A stretch of DNA of 64,000 nt. Source: Dehalococcoidia bacterium (GTDB lineage Bacteria > Chloroflexota > Dehalococcoidia > DSTF01 > JACRBR01). The notes under the pieces were generated by a model. The model did no database searches and was not told where the DNA came from. It saw only the letters and a list, made by a program, of their open reading frames with translations. A program made the translations under genes and the position numbers. Below are positions 61,240-64,000 of the stretch, in pieces. Within the stretch, counting starts at the first letter, position 1, and each line of letters begins with the position of its first letter. The DNA lies in NCBI GenBank assembly GCA_041494685.1, contig JBGQBE010000003.1, forward strand, positions 65,641 through 129,640, written 5' to 3'.

Positions 61240-63624
61240 TTACTGCGAGGGCGACTCCGTGAAGGCGGAGCGCAGGTAGTTGACGAGGTTCCAGATGTCG
61301 GTGTCGCTGAGGGCGCCGTGGTAGGTGGGCATGGCCGACGCGGGATAGCCGTTGGCGATGAAGTTGTAGAACTGCGGGTCCGTGTGCAGGGGCATGTGAA
61401 GGCGGAAGTCGGTCGGCTGCGGGCTCAGCTGGGCGGCCGTGGGGCCGTCGCCCCGGCCGTCGATGCCGTGACAGACGATGCAGTTCGTCTGGAAGAGCTC
61501 CTTGCCCCGTGCCAACGACGCCTGCGTGGGCGGCACCGGGTTGCCGGCACGCTGGTTGCCGTCGGCGCGGTGCGTGGTAACGCCGAACGCCAGCACGGCG
61601 CCCGACAGCAGCAGGAGCGACGCCGCGGCCATCATGATGCGGTACCCCGGCTGCTCCAGCCAGCGGAGTTGCCTGCGATAGACGATCATCGCGAAGCCGC
61701 ACAACGCCACGAGCGCGCCCGCGACCTCGTTCCACGAGAATACGGAGAACGGCAGGTCGTAGATGCCGGGATTCTTGCTGCCGCTCGCCGCCGACGCGCG
61801 CGCCACGGGCAGCACGAACGGCTGCGCGACGTCGTCGCCGTCGGAGCGACGCAGTCCGACGTCGACGCGCCAATTGCCGGGCTGGGTGAAGTAGGCGCCG
61901 GCGCTGCGGAACTCGCCGTCGGCGAATCGAGTCAGGATCACCTCCGATGGCGCGACGGCACCGGGGATCTCGTCGTAGGTGAAGCGCAGGCGCGCCTGCG
62001 TCACGGTGGTCAGCGGCGTGCCGTCGCTCTTCTGGACGGTCAACGAGAACTGGTTGATGCCGACCTGGTTCGGCGAGACGTCCAGCGTGATCTTGAGGCC
62101 GTCGCCGGTCGTTGCGGCCTGGTTGAACTTCGCCGCCTGCGCCGTCTTCGCGGCGTTCTGGGCGACCTCGCCCTTCGCTGTCGCTGATTGGCTCAGCACG
62201 CCGACCACGGCGAAGATCGCCACGATCAGCGCCGTTTCGACGACGATCGCGCGCGGCAGCCAGCGCTGCAGCGACGTGATGCGCCGCTTCGCCTTCTCCC
62301 GCCGCTCGCCCGTGGCGGCGCCGCCCGCCTGGTAGGCGTCGTCGATGGCCGAGACGAGCCACGGCTTGAGCACGAACGCGTTGAGCCCGGCGACCGCGAG
62401 CAGCGGCATCAGCAGGATCAACTTTGTGAGCAGCACTTTGCCGTACGTCGTGTGCAGCATCGCGTGGGCGTTCGGCATCTCGGTCAGGCCGTTGAAGGTG
62501 CCGGTGGCCAGGATCGTGATCACGCTCAAGCCAGCGATGATGGAGAAGCGGTCGAAGACGTTGGCGAGCAGCAGGAAGCGCTGCGCTTCGTCGCGCACGT
62601 TGCGCCGCACCCAGATCATCACCGGCACCAGCATTACCAGCGCGCCGAGCCATGCCGCCGACGCGGCGAAGTGCACGAAGTCGGACGACACCGACCAGAC
62701 CTTGCCCTTGTCGGTCGCCGAGTGACTAACCAGTGAATACGTCAGCAGCGCCGCGAGCGACGCGAGCAGCATCACGGCGAGGCCGATGTTGCGCTTCCGC
62801 TCGCTGCCGCCGAGGAAGAGCAGATCCGCGCCGGCGAGGGCGACGACCACGGCCACCAGCCCCGCCAGGCGATACTGCCCGACGCGCAACGTCGTCAGGT
62901 ATTCGACGAGTCCCATCGATGTCTGGAAGCGGTTGACCGCCAGGAGGATCAGGAAGCCGGCCGCGATGAACGACGCCGGCAGGAGCAGGTGCGAGATGTT
63001 GACGACCCAGCGCTCGGCCGCGTCGGTGAACTCGTGGTAGGGCTCGTCCTCGAGGAACGCGGCGGCGGGCCGAATGCCGGCCAGCAGCATGAACGCCGCG
63101 CCCGCGGCGATGGCGAGCGACAGCAGCGCGATCCACTTGAGCCCGGCGTCGAGGTTGCCGGGCAGCAGGTTGCCGCCGCTGGTCGTGGCGCTCGCGGAAT
63201 CGAGCGAGACGCCGGCCGGGAACGTGCCGTCGGGGTTGAGGACGATGAACGGGTAGGTGCCCTCGAGGTTATGGCTATCGACGGTCGAGACGTTCGCCCA
63301 CTTCACGAAATAGAGACCGGGAGCGAGTGTCTTCACGCCGACCGAGGCGAACGTCTTGTCGGTGTCGTCGAACTCCACCTGGCCGTCGTCGTAGCGCTTG
63401 CCGTCCTTGTCGGCCACCTGGATCGTGGTCAGCTTGCGCTCGATCGGTTCACTGAAGTTGAGGACGATGCGCGCCGGCGGCCGGCGGAGCGTCTCGTTGT
63501 TCGCCGGGTTCGACTTGATCAGCGACGCGTGCGCGAACACCGGCCGCGCCGTAAGCGGAGACAGCAGCATCGACGCGACAGCGACGATGGCGAGCAGCGC
63601 GCCGACGCGCCTGGCTAGCGCCAC
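61240..63624 (-). CDS. CopC-CopD fusion (YcnJ-like) with internal Ig-like domain and C-terminal class I cytochrome c domain
   Basis: N-terminal CopC (signal peptide then HASLIKSNP...). CopD-like polytopic region. YtkA-like soluble insert. C-terminal CIVCHG heme-binding motif with a downstream Met. Confidence 0.75.
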   Translation of the reverse strand: MALARRVGALLAIVAVASMLLSPLTARPVFAHASLIKSNPANNETLRRPPARIVLNFSEPIERKLTTIQVADKDGKRYDDGQVEFDDTDKTFASVGVKTLAPGLYFVKWANVSTVDSHNLEGTYPFIVLNPDGTFPAGVSLDSASATTSGGNLLPGNLDAGLKWIALLSLAIAAGAAFMLLAGIRPAAAFLEDEPYHEFTDAAERWVVNISHLLLPASFIAAGFLILLAVNRFQTSMGLVEYLTTLRVGQYRLAGLVAVVVALAGADLLFLGGSERKRNIGLAVMLLASLAALLTYSLVSHSATDKGKVWSVSSDFVHFAASAAWLGALVMLVPVMIWVRRNVRDEAQRFLLLANVFDRFSIIAGLSVITILATGTFNGLTEMPNAHAMLHTTYGKVLLTKLILLMPLLAVAGLNAFVLKPWLVSAIDDAYQAGGAATGERREKAKRRITSLQRWLPRAIVVETALIVAIFAVVGVLSQSATAKGEVAQNAAKTAQAAKFNQAATTGDGLKITLDVSPNQVGINQFSLTVQKSDGTPLTTVTQARLRFTYDEIPGAVAPSEVILTRFADGEFRSAGAYFTQPGNWRVDVGLRRSDGDDVAQPFVLPVARASAASGSKNPGIYDLPFSVFSWNEVAGALVALCGFAMIVYRRQLRWLEQPGYRIMMAAASLLLLSGAVLAFGVTTHRADGNQRAGNPVPPTQASLARGKELFQTNCIVCHGIDGRGDGPTAAQLSPQPTDFRLHMPLHTDPQFYNFIANGYPASAMPTYHGALSDTDIWNLVNYLRSAFTESPSQ

Positions 63625-63685
63625 GAGATCCTCCTCACCACCACCCCTCGGTCCATGAACTTACGCTTGCGCGCGGCCGCCGGAC

Positions 63686-64000
63686 TCACGCGCCGCGCCG
63701 TCCGAAGACGAACCAGCCGCCAACCGCGATCGCGATCCCCGCGACGATGCCGCCGATCACGATGTAGATCACCTTGCTGTCGTTGCCGCCGCCGTCCGAC
63801 GAAGCGGGCGTGACTGACGCCGGCGTGCGCGTACCGGCGACGGTGGCCGTCGCTGCCGCCGTGGTCGGCGCGGCGGTGCCTGCGGCCGCTGTGTCGGCTG
63901 ATACCGGCGTCTCGGCCTCCGCGCCGATCGTTTCGAGTTGCTGGTCGTTCTGGATGTCGACGGCGTTAGGCTGCGTCTTCACGTAGAACGAGAACGCGCC
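63686..64000 (-). CDS. Thr/Ala-rich membrane-anchored protein (5' end beyond window)
   Basis: C-terminal TM helix IYIVIGGIVAGIAIAVGGWFVF preceded by a T/A-rich low-complexity region. The reading frame stays open to the window edge. Confidence 0.4.
   Translation of the reverse strand, partial: GAFSFYVKTQPNAVDIQNDQQLETIGAEAETPVSADTAAAGTAAPTTAAATATVAGTRTPASVTPASSDGGGNDSKVIYIVIGGIVAGIAIAVGGWFVFGRRGA

Overview
This is a high-GC (roughly 70%) chromosomal segment from a monoderm-like bacterium. Several traits point to Actinomycetota or Chloroflexota: an F420-type PPOX gene, DinB_2-family proteins, a PMT-like GT-C protein, adjacent tlyA and nadK, a Cheo-type LexA box and apparent leaderless starts. 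Genes are densely packed on both strands. I found no rRNA, tRNA, CRISPR array, transposase or integrase.

The window contains, in order:
- 1-4.8 kb: a 5'-truncated secreted protein with a Thr/Pro/Ala-rich linker, followed by two convergent GT-C membrane glycosyltransferases, one of them GT39/PMT/ArnT-like.
- 5-17.6 kb: a Wzx/Wzy-dependent surface-polysaccharide locus. It encodes a priming sugar transferase, a Wzz/BY-kinase-like protein with a degenerate Walker A, a Wzx flippase, a DegT aminotransferase, two tandem GT4 paralogs, a Wzy/O-antigen-ligase-like polymerase, two further GT4 genes and an SDR epimerase.
- 17.6-20.5 kb: acyl-CoA dehydrogenase, thioesterase II and enoyl-CoA hydratase.
- 20.5-27.5 kb: polA, a DinB_2 protein, fpg, a DmpA-like peptidase, a CapA-family protein and dodecin.
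- 27.7-32.7 kb: an S8 subtilase with a C-terminal SNase-like domain, a secreted hypothetical, a cytochrome P450 and a D-Ala-D-Ala carboxypeptidase.
- 33-37.2 kb: panD-panB-panC, yebC-ruvC and a DJ-1/PfpI protein.
- 38-41 kb: Nudix hydrolase, GNAT, nadK and tlyA.
- 41-42.4 kb: an apparently orphan beta-class DNA methyltransferase convergent with an ASCH+wHTH gene that lies downstream of dinB.
- 42.4-48.7 kb: dinB, then an imuB-dnaE2 translesion cassette behind a perfect GAAC-N4-GTTC LexA box. The imuB C-terminal region lies in a different reading frame.
- 48.7-64 kb: PPOX, an ABC-F ATPase, a DinB_2 protein, class I fumarase beta and alpha subunits separated by cupin and GNAT genes, malate dehydrogenase, murE, a class III aminotransferase, a PAP2 phosphatase, a GltD-like oxidoreductase, and a CopC-CopD-cytochrome c fusion.

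The most notable points are the frameshifted imuB, the SOS-box-controlled mutasome cassette, the orphan methyltransferase with its ASCH-wHTH neighbour, the likely protein O-glycosylation module next to a PT-rich secreted protein, and -10 hexamers directly upstream of GTG starts that suggest leaderless mRNAs. All calls rest on motif recognition by eye; I ran no database search.
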